Positions 47,075 through 57,287 are shown, counted from the stretch's first letter. The stretch is DNA of 64,000 nucleotides from a virus (IMGVR_UViG_3300033062_000614), one strand, 5' to 3'. Translations and numbers: made by a program. Notes: generated from the sequence alone by a model not told the origin.

Positions 47075-49765
47075 ATGATTGCTCTAAAATCAAGAGTGGT
47101 ATACGAGGGAAAGGAGGGCACGGTAACCCAGCTTTTCCCAAAGATACAGAAATGTATCTTGAGGTTCGATGACGGGAGTCAACGAACCTTGAGGCTTCAG
47201 GACTTTAAGCCCTTTGCATTAAAGGAGAGGATAGTGTCGGTAGCGGAGCTTTTCGAAACCGACCAAACTAAGCTCCCAAAAGGAACGCTTTGTAGAGTCC
47301 GCTATCCTATTGCTAATCTAGGTGTTAAGAACAAAAACAATAGGATGTATGACCGTGCAGTATTTGAAAAGGTTTTATCAGATAAAGAAATAGTAGAGAA
47401 GATTAAGAGCCGATGTCTCTTTGGGGACTTAGAGCACCCAGAAGAGTCAGCTATCAAATTAAACAAAGATACTACCTCTCACATAGTATCGGGCATAGTT
47501 ATTGAAGGCGATGTAGTAAAAGCCGATTTCGATATCCTGCCTACTCCTGCAGGTCAATTCATTGACACTTTACTTAGAGCTGGTTGCCAAGTTGGGACTT
47601 CTACAAGAGCCGAAGGTGAGCTAGAGGAAATCAATGACGAGAAAGACGGCAAGTATTACCGAGTAGTGCCTGAGAGCTATCAGTTTGTTACGATAGACTT
47701 TACAGGAGACCCGTCAACATTTGGCTCAGAGCCAGAGAAGATTATGCGTGCGGTTCAAGGTGAATATGAATCCCATAGAGTTAATAAGGAGGTAGCCCTT
47801 GCAATTCTTGAGAGCTTACATACCGAAGAGGCTACTAAGCTCAGAGATAACATATCAATTGACAAACAACATAAGGGTTGCAAAAATCACGTTGGTGAGA
47901 AGAAGTGCACAGAGTGTAAATGTAAAGAGATTAAAGATGGTGAGGTTATAGATGAGTCAATGAAATGGAATCCTGCTATTGTTATTGATGGAAAGACCTA
48001 CCAGATTGACCGTATAGCTTATACTCTCACTAATGTAGGAGACCCTGCAGATGTTAAGAAGTTTGATGACCTAGACTTAGTAACTAAACAAGCTGTCCTA
48101 AAGCGTATATCTGAGGAAGAGGTTATAGAGCCTGATAAGGATAAGCCTTCTACAGAGCCTATTATAGATAAGAAAAAGGATATTCCACCTCCTAAATGCC
48201 CACTCTGCGGTGAAGATTTAGAGGATGTAGGTAACTATAAGTGGGATTGCCCTTTAGGTTGCTTACCACAAGCTATGGAACTTGGACAAATAGAAGACTT
48301 TGCTAAGCCCTTCAACGAAGCAAAAGGCGACATAGATTACTCCAAACTCTACTATGATAAGGAGATTAAGGTATCTCACCCAGAGGTTGCAGATGGGCGT
48401 GATTTAGAGCTTAGTGTGCAGATTAAAGGAAATGATGGAAGACCTGATGCACAGGTAGGGCACTTTGGTTACAACTTCTGGTTGAGACCGCCCAAGGCGA
48501 TTAAGGGAGAGCCTTATGCTTCTAGGATGGCGTTAGAGAAGGCTATTGAGACAATGCTTAAGCACAAGGGCTTTACGATTAAGGGATGGGTTGAAAAGTC
48601 TGTTGAAGCTAAGGAGATGAAGGAAGCTACCTTATCTCCATCAGAAATCTCCTCAATCTTGTTTACTTATTCTGTAGATGGCTATTGGGCAAAAGATAAG
48701 AAAGGTGAAACTTTATTTATAGGAACTTACGACAAACTCAAGAAAGAGGGTTATCCTGAAGATATGCTTTCCAATGCTATGAAAAATCCAGGACAATGGC
48801 AAGTTGTGGAGAGCAAACTAAAGGAAATGAAGCTTAATCACGAAGGCAAGGAATACTCTGTATATTTACTTGATGATGGAACTATGGATACTGTCATACA
48901 AGTAAATGGAAAAGAAGCTAGATTTGATGGAGAGTATACTGCTCAATATAGGGATAAGGATGGAGCTATGACAGAACAAGGGTTGATAACCTTAGCAAAA
49001 GAAGCTATTGATAGTGGTATGATAGATGAAAGCCAAGTCAAGAAAGCTCTAGCTTGTATCAAAGAATTGAAGATTGAACTTGCTACAGCTATAGCTGAGC
49101 GTGATACGGCTATTTCTAGAGCTAAGGAACGCTTGACTGTCTTGACAGAAAACTATCAAAAAGATGTTGCATCTCTTACAGAAACTCTCAACAAGCAATC
49201 TTCAGAGATTGAACTTATAAATAGCCTAGCAAAGAGTCAAAATGGAATGCTTGTTGAGGCTACTGTTAAGTTTAAGGCATTAGAAGAGAGCTTACAAAAA
49301 CAAAGAGCCGAATTCGAAGCCGAGCTTACAAAAATAAAGGAGGCTAATAATGAAACTATTCGGCAAATTAAAGGAAATCTTGAAAAAGCTATTTCAGAAA
49401 AAACCGAAGCAAACCATAAAGAAATAAATCAATTGAATGAAAAATCGAAACAACTTGTTGATGCCCACACTTTGGAACTCGACAAGACTAAATCTGAGCA
49501 TCAAAAACAAATGCTAAGAAAGTATTACGAGACAGTCCTCAAAGTCTCAGGTCTCAAGCTTACCGAGAAGGCTCTAGCACTTCTAGAAACCTGCCAGAGT
49601 GAGCAAGAGATTGACAGCACTATTGAGGATATAAGGAAAACGCTGAGGGAAAGTTTCTTACACTCTGAGAAATTGACCGATGTGAAAGTTCCTGTGTCTA
49701 CTCTTACGCCTGGTGAGAGTCAAATAAAGAACCAGGTGGGAAAAGCATTTAGTGGAATGAAGTAA
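47075..49765 (+). CDS. Prohead core protease (gp21-like) fused to scaffold-like coiled-coil domain
   Basis: The N-terminal ~230 aa parallel T4 gp21: 'NKNNRMYDRAVFEKV' matches 'NRNKRLYPKRILEKAV', 'LFGDLEHPEES' matches 'ALGELNHPPRAN', 'AGCQVGTSTRAEGEL' matches 'AGWIPGVSSRGLGSL', and 'YQFVTIDFTGDPS' matches 'FKLTVGVDAVWGPS'. The rest is a Zn ribbon plus a long coiled coil, and the gene sits immediately upstream of the major capsid gene. Confidence 0.65.
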   Translation: MIALKSRVVYEGKEGTVTQLFPKIQKCILRFDDGSQRTLRLQDFKPFALKERIVSVAELFETDQTKLPKGTLCRVRYPIANLGVKNKNNRMYDRAVFEKVLSDKEIVEKIKSRCLFGDLEHPEESAIKLNKDTTSHIVSGIVIEGDVVKADFDILPTPAGQFIDTLLRAGCQVGTSTRAEGELEEINDEKDGKYYRVVPESYQFVTIDFTGDPSTFGSEPEKIMRAVQGEYESHRVNKEVALAILESLHTEEATKLRDNISIDKQHKGCKNHVGEKKCTECKCKEIKDGEVIDESMKWNPAIVIDGKTYQIDRIAYTLTNVGDPADVKKFDDLDLVTKQAVLKRISEEEVIEPDKDKPSTEPIIDKKKDIPPPKCPLCGEDLEDVGNYKWDCPLGCLPQAMELGQIEDFAKPFNEAKGDIDYSKLYYDKEIKVSHPEVADGRDLELSVQIKGNDGRPDAQVGHFGYNFWLRPPKAIKGEPYASRMALEKAIETMLKHKGFTIKGWVEKSVEAKEMKEATLSPSEISSILFTYSVDGYWAKDKKGETLFIGTYDKLKKEGYPEDMLSNAMKNPGQWQVVESKLKEMKLNHEGKEYSVYLLDDGTMDTVIQVNGKEARFDGEYTAQYRDKDGAMTEQGLITLAKEAIDSGMIDESQVKKALACIKELKIELATAIAERDTAISRAKERLTVLTENYQKDVASLTETLNKQSSEIELINSLAKSQNGMLVEATVKFKALEESLQKQRAEFEAELTKIKEANNETIRQIKGNLEKAISEKTEANHKEINQLNEKSKQLVDAHTLELDKTKSEHQKQMLRKYYETVLKVSGLKLTEKALALLETCQSEQEIDSTIEDIRKTLRESFLHSEKLTDVKVPVSTLTPGESQIKNQVGKAFSGMK

Positions 49766-49788
49766 TCTAACCTCTAAGGAGAAATACA

Positions 49789-51210
49789 ATGTCAACGCAA
49801 AAGTTAGTAGAGGCTAGGATGCAGGCAATGCAAGACTCCCGCAGGAAATTGGTTGAGGCTTGGAATCCCTACATCAAAGCCGTGGATACCTATCTCAAGG
49901 AAAAAGAGAATAGGACGATGAATGACATCGAAAAGCAGAACGTGGCAACCTGCTTAGAGAACGCTATGTTGGAATCTGCGGGTAAATCGAAATTGTTCGA
50001 AACTACCTATGCAGAGAATATCTCCTTCTTAGGCGTTCAGCTGCCCGTGATTGCGGCATTGTTACCGAGCCTCGTGCTCAACAAAATCGCAATCGTTCAG
50101 GCATTAGACCGCAGAACAGGTGCTGTCTTTTATCTGGATGTGAAATACGGACAGAGCAAAGGTGCAGTAGGTATCGGGCAGTCAATGATGGCTGCTAAGA
50201 CTGGTCACAATGCTACACTGGCTGGGCGTAGGTATGCCTCAGTGATTGTGGAAGCGGAAGTTGTGACTGGTGGTTCGTTCACCTTAGCTTACAAACCTAT
50301 CGTTCCTGGAACTTTAATCATCACGGCTAACGCTGGTGGTGAAATCCTGACCGATGACGGAGCTGGTAACCTCGTGTCTAACGTGTCGGGTGGTTCTGGT
50401 GCGATTACCTCCTACACCAACGGCACAGTAACTGTGACCTACGGTGGCGGTGGAACAGGTGGTGCAGCAAGCTATCGTTACAACTATGAAAAAGCAACCG
50501 ATGGAGTTCCTTCTGTTGACATCACGTTAACCAATGAGCCGATTTCAGCAATTGACTTCCCGCTTCGTGCTAACTACACGTTGGGGGCTGCGATTGACCT
50601 CGAAAAAGCTCACGGGATGAATCTTGAAGATGAGTTGGTGAAATATCTTGGTGGCGAGATTAAGTTTGAAATTGACCACCTTGGTATTGACTATATTAAG
50701 GATGCCGCAGAGTCAGCCCTTGCTGCAGACCCGATTGGAACTTGGAGTGCTTCAATCGCTGGTACGCAGGAATGGGTGTGGAAAAAGTATCACTTCATTG
50801 ACTACATAGAGAAAGGTAGCAACAACATCTTCTCTAAGACGCTGCGTGCAATGGCTAACTTTATCATCTGTGGTAACACAGCTGCTAGAGTTATCCGCCA
50901 GTTAGAGCCTCATTTCAAGCCGATTGCTGGTCTTGAAAATATCTCTCCGACTGGTCCAATCGAGTTAGGAACCCTCGATGGTCGTATTGTAATCCAAGAC
51001 CCGTTCCTTGACCCGAACAAGTATTATCTTGGATATAAAGGCGACAGCTTCTTGATGGCAGGGTTTATCTATGCACCCTACATCCCGCTGTTTGCTACTA
51101 CAACCTTAATTACTGCAGACCTCAAAGCCCAAAAGGGTTTCTTGAGTGCCGCAGGGTTTAAGGTAATCAATCCTGGTATGTATACATACGGTGTAATTAG
51201 CGGTATATAA
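49789..51210 (+). CDS. Major capsid protein (gp23-like)
   Basis: C-terminal 'YYLGYKGDSFLMAGFIYAPYIPL' parallels T4 gp23 'YFTVGYKGPNEMDAGIYYAPYVAL'. RBS AAGGAGAAA. A strong hairpin follows. Confidence 0.75.
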   Translation: MSTQKLVEARMQAMQDSRRKLVEAWNPYIKAVDTYLKEKENRTMNDIEKQNVATCLENAMLESAGKSKLFETTYAENISFLGVQLPVIAALLPSLVLNKIAIVQALDRRTGAVFYLDVKYGQSKGAVGIGQSMMAAKTGHNATLAGRRYASVIVEAEVVTGGSFTLAYKPIVPGTLIITANAGGEILTDDGAGNLVSNVSGGSGAITSYTNGTVTVTYGGGGTGGAASYRYNYEKATDGVPSVDITLTNEPISAIDFPLRANYTLGAAIDLEKAHGMNLEDELVKYLGGEIKFEIDHLGIDYIKDAAESALAADPIGTWSASIAGTQEWVWKKYHFIDYIEKGSNNIFSKTLRAMANFIICGNTAARVIRQLEPHFKPIAGLENISPTGPIELGTLDGRIVIQDPFLDPNKYYLGYKGDSFLMAGFIYAPYIPLFATTTLITADLKAQKGFLSAAGFKVINPGMYTYGVISGI

Positions 51211-51235
51211 ACCGTAGTAACAAACTAGGAGATGA

Positions 51236-51271
51236 CTACCTAGCTAGAGCTGAAAGGCTCTAGCTAGGTAG
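51236..51271 (+). terminator. strong stem-loop after major capsid gene
   Basis: Perfect 15-bp inverted repeat CTACCTAGCTAGAGC(TGAAAG)GCTCTAGCTAGGTAG. No canonical U-run, so it may be an RNA-stability or attenuation element. Confidence 0.45.
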
Positions 51272-51302
51272 CCCTTAAAAGATAAGTAGTAGGGGGATAT
51301 AA

Positions 51303-51986
51303 ATGACAAAAACAGATATCATAGAGTGGCTACAGCGAGAGTTCAAACCTTTGCAGTTAGCAACGCCTGATGAGACATTATCCCAAGTTGTTGACAATGC
51401 GATAAGGTATTGGAATACTCATTCTGGTTATAAGATTGGGCAGATGTATAATGCTACAGGAGCTCGTATTCAAATAGACCCTCAATTCAAAATGGTAGTG
51501 CAGGTCTTTCCTAATACGGCAGTTGCTCCCTTAATAGTAAATTTCCCTACTACATTGTTGTTAGGTATGACTATTTTGGATAATGTAACTACAGATATGA
51601 TATTGATGTCTGAGGCTTACAAGACCTACAAAAACTATATAGGTGGAGATTTCAGATGGTGGTATAATAAGTCTGATGACCCTGCAGTTGGTGGTTACTT
51701 ATATATGTCTGGTCTTCCTCAAGGTGTGGATAGGCTCTTTGTAGTAGGCACTAAGCGAGTTATGCCTAATGAAAATATCAAGCCTGAGTATGTTTTGGAT
51801 TGGGTTTTGAATTACTCCAAGGCTTTGTTAAAGATGATAGAAGGCAATACGTTGCGTAAGGCAGATATTATAGGGGTTCGCAATGATGGAGACAGGCTTG
51901 TAGATGAGGGATTAGAAGCTCAAAAGACTTTGCAAGACAATCTTGCTAGAGATGGGCGTTGGGTAGTATTAGCCAGAAGGGCGTAA
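51303..51986 (+). CDS. hypothetical structural protein
   Basis: RBS TAGGGGGATAT. Downstream of the capsid gene. Confidence 0.45.
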   Translation: MTKTDIIEWLQREFKPLQLATPDETLSQVVDNAIRYWNTHSGYKIGQMYNATGARIQIDPQFKMVVQVFPNTAVAPLIVNFPTTLLLGMTILDNVTTDMILMSEAYKTYKNYIGGDFRWWYNKSDDPAVGGYLYMSGLPQGVDRLFVVGTKRVMPNENIKPEYVLDWVLNYSKALLKMIEGNTLRKADIIGVRNDGDRLVDEGLEAQKTLQDNLARDGRWVVLARRA

Positions 51987-52783
51987 TGGGATATAACACA
52001 TTACTAGAATATACGTTTAGCGATACCCTAAGGAAACAGAAAACAATATCTCAACAGTTTCCAACTTTTGACGATAGGGTAGATGCTGTGAAAGCTGCGG
52101 GTGGTGTAAGGCTTCAGAAGATAGAGCCTGACCGCTTAACCTTTAAGGTAGCTTCTGTATCTAATCCAGGAGGCTGGTATACCGTAAAGCTAGGTTTTCT
52201 TAATCCCATATTTACTTTACAAGATTTGATTGAACGTGATAGAGAGGTTTGGGCATCTGAGGAAAATGAGGATGCTCTTGACTACAATATACTAGCTCAA
52301 AAGTTTCTAGCTAGGGTAGACTTGCTTTGGGATTGCACTTGTCCAGCAGACTTGTATTGGGGCTACGAGTATATACGAACTGACAAGGGTGCCCAAGCCG
52401 ACCACGAAGAGAATAGACCTCCTAAGATTAGAAACCCAAGACAATACGGGTTTGGTTGCAAGCACTTAGACTTAGTATGGAGAGAACTAGCTGGAACTTA
52501 CTTAGATGATGTTGAGAGGTTCATCAGAAAATACTACGCTAGGTGGATTGATGGTTCAATAGAGAAGATGCAGAAAGACCGCAAAGCTATGAAAGCAGGA
52601 GCCGAAGAGCTTCGCAAAAAGGAAGATGAACAGGCTATGAAAAAGCAGGCAGAACAAGCTCAATCTAAGCGTGCAGAAGAGCTTAGGAAAGAGTTTGCTA
52701 AGGAAAAGGGCAAAGCTGAAGAGCCTAAGAAAGAGGCAAAGCCTGAAAAGGAAGAGAAGCCTAAAGAGAAAGAGAAGAAATGA
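51986..52783 (+). CDS. hypothetical protein with KE-rich C-terminal tail
   Basis: ATG 51986 (TAATG) is preferred over 51959. C-terminal 'KEKGKAEEPKKEAKPEKEEKPKEKEKK'. Confidence 0.4.
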   Translation: MGYNTLLEYTFSDTLRKQKTISQQFPTFDDRVDAVKAAGGVRLQKIEPDRLTFKVASVSNPGGWYTVKLGFLNPIFTLQDLIERDREVWASEENEDALDYNILAQKFLARVDLLWDCTCPADLYWGYEYIRTDKGAQADHEENRPPKIRNPRQYGFGCKHLDLVWRELAGTYLDDVERFIRKYYARWIDGSIEKMQKDRKAMKAGAEELRKKEDEQAMKKQAEQAQSKRAEELRKEFAKEKGKAEEPKKEAKPEKEEKPKEKEKK

Positions 52784-53625
52784 ACGAATTCATAAATAGC
52801 ATAATACGGGAAACTACAACCTCTTCAGACATATCCTATTTGCCTGGTGGGTTTACAACTATGGCAGGATATATGCAAACTCTGTCTAGAATGAAGCCTA
52901 GATGGAACGTCAAGGTCTTGGAAGAAACGGATAACTATAGAGTAATGTTTGAAGAGCATATGAACGTAATCGTTCCTAAGACCTCTTGGGATGAGTTTAC
53001 AGACAAAGTCTTGAAGCTAAAGAGTCCTGCTAAGGCAGACCTTACAGTAGACTTAGGTAGCTATTTGAAAGAGGCAAAAGCTCAAGACCTAGGCAAGACC
53101 GTCAAAGAGCTAGACCACGCCTTGATGAAGGTTGTAGCTGAACCTCCTATATTAGAATCCGACATCAATATGGCTAGGTGGTCTGAGATATTTGGAGTTG
53201 AAAAGTATATTACTGCAGATGTCTTATTAAGGTATGAACAGCTTGAGAACGATATACAGAAGCTAACCCTCAAGCTCAAAGAGGAATATGCGGTAGCTGT
53301 AGGACACTTGCAGATGATAGTTGATGCCTTAGAGGATAAGACTCCTTTGAGCTCTTACGATGTCTTTAGCTCTTATGATTACCTTACAGGCTCAATAGCT
53401 AGAAGTAACTTTGGGGGAGTTATACTAGTCTTTCAGACCTTTGTAGATTTGAACTTTGACCGTTCAGAGAAGATACAGATACTTAATGCCCCAGAGGTTA
53501 TGGACGAATTATCAACTTTGAAAAATGTTAAGGTAGTAAAAAATGAGGTATACCCTATTGGGGAAGGTTTTCAGACAAGTTTGTTTTCCAAGCTTGAAGA
53601 TATTATCAAAGGAGTGAAACTATGA
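52780..53625 (+). CDS. hypothetical structural protein
   Basis: ATGA coupling. Confidence 0.4.
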   Translation: MNEFINSIIRETTTSSDISYLPGGFTTMAGYMQTLSRMKPRWNVKVLEETDNYRVMFEEHMNVIVPKTSWDEFTDKVLKLKSPAKADLTVDLGSYLKEAKAQDLGKTVKELDHALMKVVAEPPILESDINMARWSEIFGVEKYITADVLLRYEQLENDIQKLTLKLKEEYAVAVGHLQMIVDALEDKTPLSSYDVFSSYDYLTGSIARSNFGGVILVFQTFVDLNFDRSEKIQILNAPEVMDELSTLKNVKVVKNEVYPIGEGFQTSLFSKLEDIIKGVKL

Positions 53626-54059
53626 TTGATTTATTAGAGGCTAAGGATTTGTCTTGTTACAAGAAGTTGCTAAATGTATTTGGCTCTTATACTGATGCCT
53701 TTCCTGCAACTGGGGTTGATAGGCTTTTGAATAAAGCTATTGAGAATGGTATGCGGATAATGCCGAAAGACAAAAGGGCGGTTGAAATCTTGAACTATAT
53801 TTTGTCTATGTCTAAGTCCGCACCTGCGAGAGTTCAAGAGCTTCTTAATGTTAGGTTCTCTGATTTGCCTATCAATTTCAAGCCGATATTTAAGGTAGGC
53901 AATAGGAGAGAGGTTGCCTTCTGGAACGCTGATGATAGGTTAAGCGACAAGGTTGTATCGTTACTTGACTTTGAAGGAGCAGGCAAGGGAGGCTTTTGGG
54001 CGAGTGTAGATAGAAAAAAAGTGGACTTAGTTGATGGCTTTAATGACAAGGAGGAATAA
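53622..54059 (+). CDS. hypothetical protein
   Basis: ATGA coupling. Confidence 0.4.
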   Translation: MIDLLEAKDLSCYKKLLNVFGSYTDAFPATGVDRLLNKAIENGMRIMPKDKRAVEILNYILSMSKSAPARVQELLNVRFSDLPINFKPIFKVGNRREVAFWNADDRLSDKVVSLLDFEGAGKGGFWASVDRKKVDLVDGFNDKEE

Positions 54060-55394
54060 ATGAGAGAGTTAGTCACGTTTCTAAGAGAGAATACCGCTGA
54101 AACTAGCAAAGGTATTAAGGAAGAGGTAAAAGGGTTGTATCCTGGGATTGGTATGCAGGAAGAGTTTGTTAAGAGTCACGATATACCTGTTCCAGAGGAA
54201 GTCAAAGAGGCAGAGAAAGTTGAGAAGGTTAAGGTAGTAGGAGATGCTAAGTCAGGAACAGAGCCTATCAAGGAAGATGAAGTAAAGGACGCAGCTAAGG
54301 ATGCTAAGAAAGAGGGTAGGTTTGAGGTTACTGACGAATTGGTTGATGAGGTTGCAAAAGACCTAGAGATTGACTTTGCAGTAGTCAATCGTGACCAGTT
54401 GAAGAGGGGTATGGAAGTTGAACAGGAACATATCTCGCACTTTGAAGACCCGAAGGATATGGCAAACATAGCTCTTGACCATTTGAAAGAAATAGCCGAT
54501 TACTATACGAGGCTAGATGCTATGGAAGCACAGGCTAAACAAGAGCCTCAAGTTCCTCCAGCAGGAGAGCCTGCACCTGCAGAGCCTTCAGCTGAACCGC
54601 CAGTTGCAGAAGAAAGCAAAAAGAAAGACGAAAAAGAGAAGAAAGAGGAAATTAAGGATGCTAAGGTTCCTGATTTGTCTAAGTCTGAAGAAGATATTAA
54701 GATGGCGTTGTTAGAGGCTACTGACGATGCAATCTTGAATGAGTTTGCTTTGATGATGAAGGACGATGCCTTTATGAAAGACCACGTGAATGAGGTTGCT
54801 CCTGAAGGTTGGGAACCAACAGTCAAGGCTATGAAGAAACACAAGGATATTACTAATCCTTGGGCTCTTGCGTATTGGATGAAGAATAAAGGATATAAGA
54901 GCCACGAAGCTATGAATGAGCAGGAATATACCGTTTTAGGAACCTTCTCAGATGAACCTACAGCTAAGGACTTTTCTGCTAAGAATCCTGGAACGAACGT
55001 TTTGACAAACAAGGATGGGAAGTTTGAAGTTGTGAAGATGAAAGAGGCAGTAGCTGAGGCTAAGAAAGACGAGAAGAATGTCAAAGAGATGGAGAAAGCA
55101 GCTAAGTTAGCCAAGGAGAAAGAGGAAAAAGAGGAGAAAGAGAAAAAGGAGAAGAAGGAGAAAGCTAAAGCCAAGGAATCGAAGCTTACACCCGAACAAT
55201 TACTCGATATGGCTGAGAGGTATATTGTAGTTGGGCACCTGCTAAGCAAGGTGGTATCGGAGAAGGCAAAACTCTCTGAAGCCGAGCAGAGCTTCGTTGA
55301 TACGTTTGATAAGGATAAGAAGGCTCTAGCCACGGAGGATAGTGAGTTGATAATCTCCGAAGCTAAGAAGATTTTGGTAGGAGAGAAGAAATGA
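54060..55394 (+). CDS. hypothetical virion protein with CTS-like N-terminus and C-terminal module shared with the giant protein
   Basis: 'MRELVTFLREN'. Pro-rich 'PAGEPAPAEPSAEPPVAEE', then 'KVPDLSKSEEDIKMALLEA' and the KE-repeat 'KEKEEKEEKEKKEKKEK'. These parallel 'KLPDLSKQEDDIKKALLEK' and the KE-repeat in the 36749 ORF. Confidence 0.5.
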   Translation: MRELVTFLRENTAETSKGIKEEVKGLYPGIGMQEEFVKSHDIPVPEEVKEAEKVEKVKVVGDAKSGTEPIKEDEVKDAAKDAKKEGRFEVTDELVDEVAKDLEIDFAVVNRDQLKRGMEVEQEHISHFEDPKDMANIALDHLKEIADYYTRLDAMEAQAKQEPQVPPAGEPAPAEPSAEPPVAEESKKKDEKEKKEEIKDAKVPDLSKSEEDIKMALLEATDDAILNEFALMMKDDAFMKDHVNEVAPEGWEPTVKAMKKHKDITNPWALAYWMKNKGYKSHEAMNEQEYTVLGTFSDEPTAKDFSAKNPGTNVLTNKDGKFEVVKMKEAVAEAKKDEKNVKEMEKAAKLAKEKEEKEEKEKKEKKEKAKAKESKLTPEQLLDMAERYIVVGHLLSKVVSEKAKLSEAEQSFVDTFDKDKKALATEDSELIISEAKKILVGEKK

Positions 55395-55918
55395 GACAAC
55401 TTCTTGAAAGACTGCTAGAAAAAGAGGTATATGCTGAGCTTGAAGATATGCCGTTGAAAAAACAGGCTCTTGTAACTCTTCTAGTTGAAATTCAGAAGAA
55501 GATGGAAGATTTGAAGGCTCGTATTGAAGAGTATAAAGGAAGGCGTGGTAAGATAGAGCCTGATATTCTTAAAGCTCTACACAAACTAGAAGCTAATGGA
55601 GTAAGATTAGGAAAGGTTCTAGTTTTCATAACACAGGGGCGAGGCTTCGCATCTTTCAAGGAAGTTATGGAAGTTGTGCAAAAGGAGATAAGCCCTAAAG
55701 TTGCGAAGCTTTTGAAAGCTACTTATGATGAGCTCTCCAAAGAGAAAACTAGGGGAGAAGAGCTTCGTGTAAAGCTAGGACGTGAAAGTCTGTTAGATGA
55801 GGATTGGAAAGATGTATGGCAGAACATTGTTAATTTCTTTGCCAAAGTTTTCAATCCGTTGTTAGATAGCATATCTGGTTCAATTGAAGATGTTGAAAAA
55901 CTGCTTGGGATAAAATGA
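55391..55918 (+). CDS. hypothetical protein with CTS-like N-terminus
   Basis: 'MRQLLERLLEKE'. ATGA coupling. Confidence 0.45.
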   Translation: MRQLLERLLEKEVYAELEDMPLKKQALVTLLVEIQKKMEDLKARIEEYKGRRGKIEPDILKALHKLEANGVRLGKVLVFITQGRGFASFKEVMEVVQKEISPKVAKLLKATYDELSKEKTRGEELRVKLGRESLLDEDWKDVWQNIVNFFAKVFNPLLDSISGSIEDVEKLLGIK

Positions 55919-56328
55919 CGCCATTAACTATTGCTGTTGATTTTGACAATACGTTGTTCTATATGAACCCCGATAAGGAGATTGTTGGAGAGCCTATAAC
56001 TCATCACATCAAAGCTCTCCAACAACTCTACGGTATGGGTCACACAATTTACATATTCTCAGGCAGACCAGCGGAACAGATTTTACCTGTGCTTCAGCAA
56101 TATAATATACCTGTGCATAGGGTTAATGACGTAGTGCTTGATGCTAGTAAAGAGTTCTATGAGTTACCTAATAGCAAAAAGCCTCACTACGACATACTAC
56201 TTGATGACAAGGCGTTAAACCCTTGGTGGTTTGATACCACAGATGAATTAGTTCAAAACGTTCTTAATATGGGTGATATTGTAAAACGCACTAATGGGAT
56301 TATGGGAGCTTTGAAATGCGGGAGCTAG
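55915..56328 (+). CDS. hypothetical protein
   Basis: ATGA coupling. Confidence 0.4.
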   Translation: MTPLTIAVDFDNTLFYMNPDKEIVGEPITHHIKALQQLYGMGHTIYIFSGRPAEQILPVLQQYNIPVHRVNDVVLDASKEFYELPNSKKPHYDILLDDKALNPWWFDTTDELVQNVLNMGDIVKRTNGIMGALKCGS

Positions 56329-57287
56329 TAACTAGATTATGTGAGATGGAGGAATCTTCTATAGACTTTCCTCAGCCAGAGCTTTGTCCTGCAGTTTGGG
56401 ATAAACAGGATGGGACATATACTCTGAAGCGTGAGGTTGAAAATAAGATTTACTCTATCTTGAGGGAATATCCTCATATCAAACTATTAGATTTGGCTGA
56501 TGAAGTTCATTTGATAGGGTCTATTGGAACGAACCAATATGACGAAGACTCCGACATAGATGTGCATCTAGTTATACCTGATAGCAAGATACCTCCTGCA
56601 AAGTCTAGAGAAGACTGGCAGAAGGATATCAAAAAGTGGTATAAGGATAATCTTGAGAGCCTAGATGCTTTTATAGGAAAACATCCTATTGAGGTTTACT
56701 ATCAGTTGACGCCAGCCCAAGAGATGCTAGCTGATGCCCTTTATGACGTCAAGAATAAGAAATGGTTGAAAGGACCAAAGATTGTTGAGGTTGACTTCAA
56801 CCCTTATTCTGTTTACAAGAACATAATTGGAGAGGTAGGTAAGATTGTAGGAGAAACTGACGACCTTATAGGAGAGCTTAAAAGAGATGTTATTGACTAT
56901 GATGTTATCAAAGGCGGTATAGAGAAGGCTCCTTTAGAGGTCAAAGAGAAATTGAAGGCTATTCTACAATCTAAGCTAGATGAAGTTGAAAAGGATATAG
57001 CAGAGCTTATGGCTAATAAGAAAGAGTGGGTAGATATGAGAAAGTATGCCTCTACCCCTGCTAGTCCAGAACAAGCTCTTGATGATATAGAGTTAATCAA
57101 GCGTTGGGAAAATACCAATGCTCTGTTTAAGTTTATCTCAAGGTATCAGTATATCAAGCTAATCACAGAGCTAGAGAATATGATGGGTAAGGAAATGCAA
57201 ATAGATGACGATGATGTTAGGCGTATAAAGAAGCTTTTGGGGGTCTTGGCTACTGACGCAGAGTATACGCCAAAAGAACAACTATGA
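56316..57287 (+). CDS. hypothetical protein with CTS-like N-terminus
   Basis: 'MRELVTRLCEMEE'. Confidence 0.45.
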   Translation: MRELVTRLCEMEESSIDFPQPELCPAVWDKQDGTYTLKREVENKIYSILREYPHIKLLDLADEVHLIGSIGTNQYDEDSDIDVHLVIPDSKIPPAKSREDWQKDIKKWYKDNLESLDAFIGKHPIEVYYQLTPAQEMLADALYDVKNKKWLKGPKIVEVDFNPYSVYKNIIGEVGKIVGETDDLIGELKRDVIDYDVIKGGIEKAPLEVKEKLKAILQSKLDEVEKDIAELMANKKEWVDMRKYASTPASPEQALDDIELIKRWENTNALFKFISRYQYIKLITELENMMGKEMQIDDDDVRRIKKLLGVLATDAEYTPKEQL

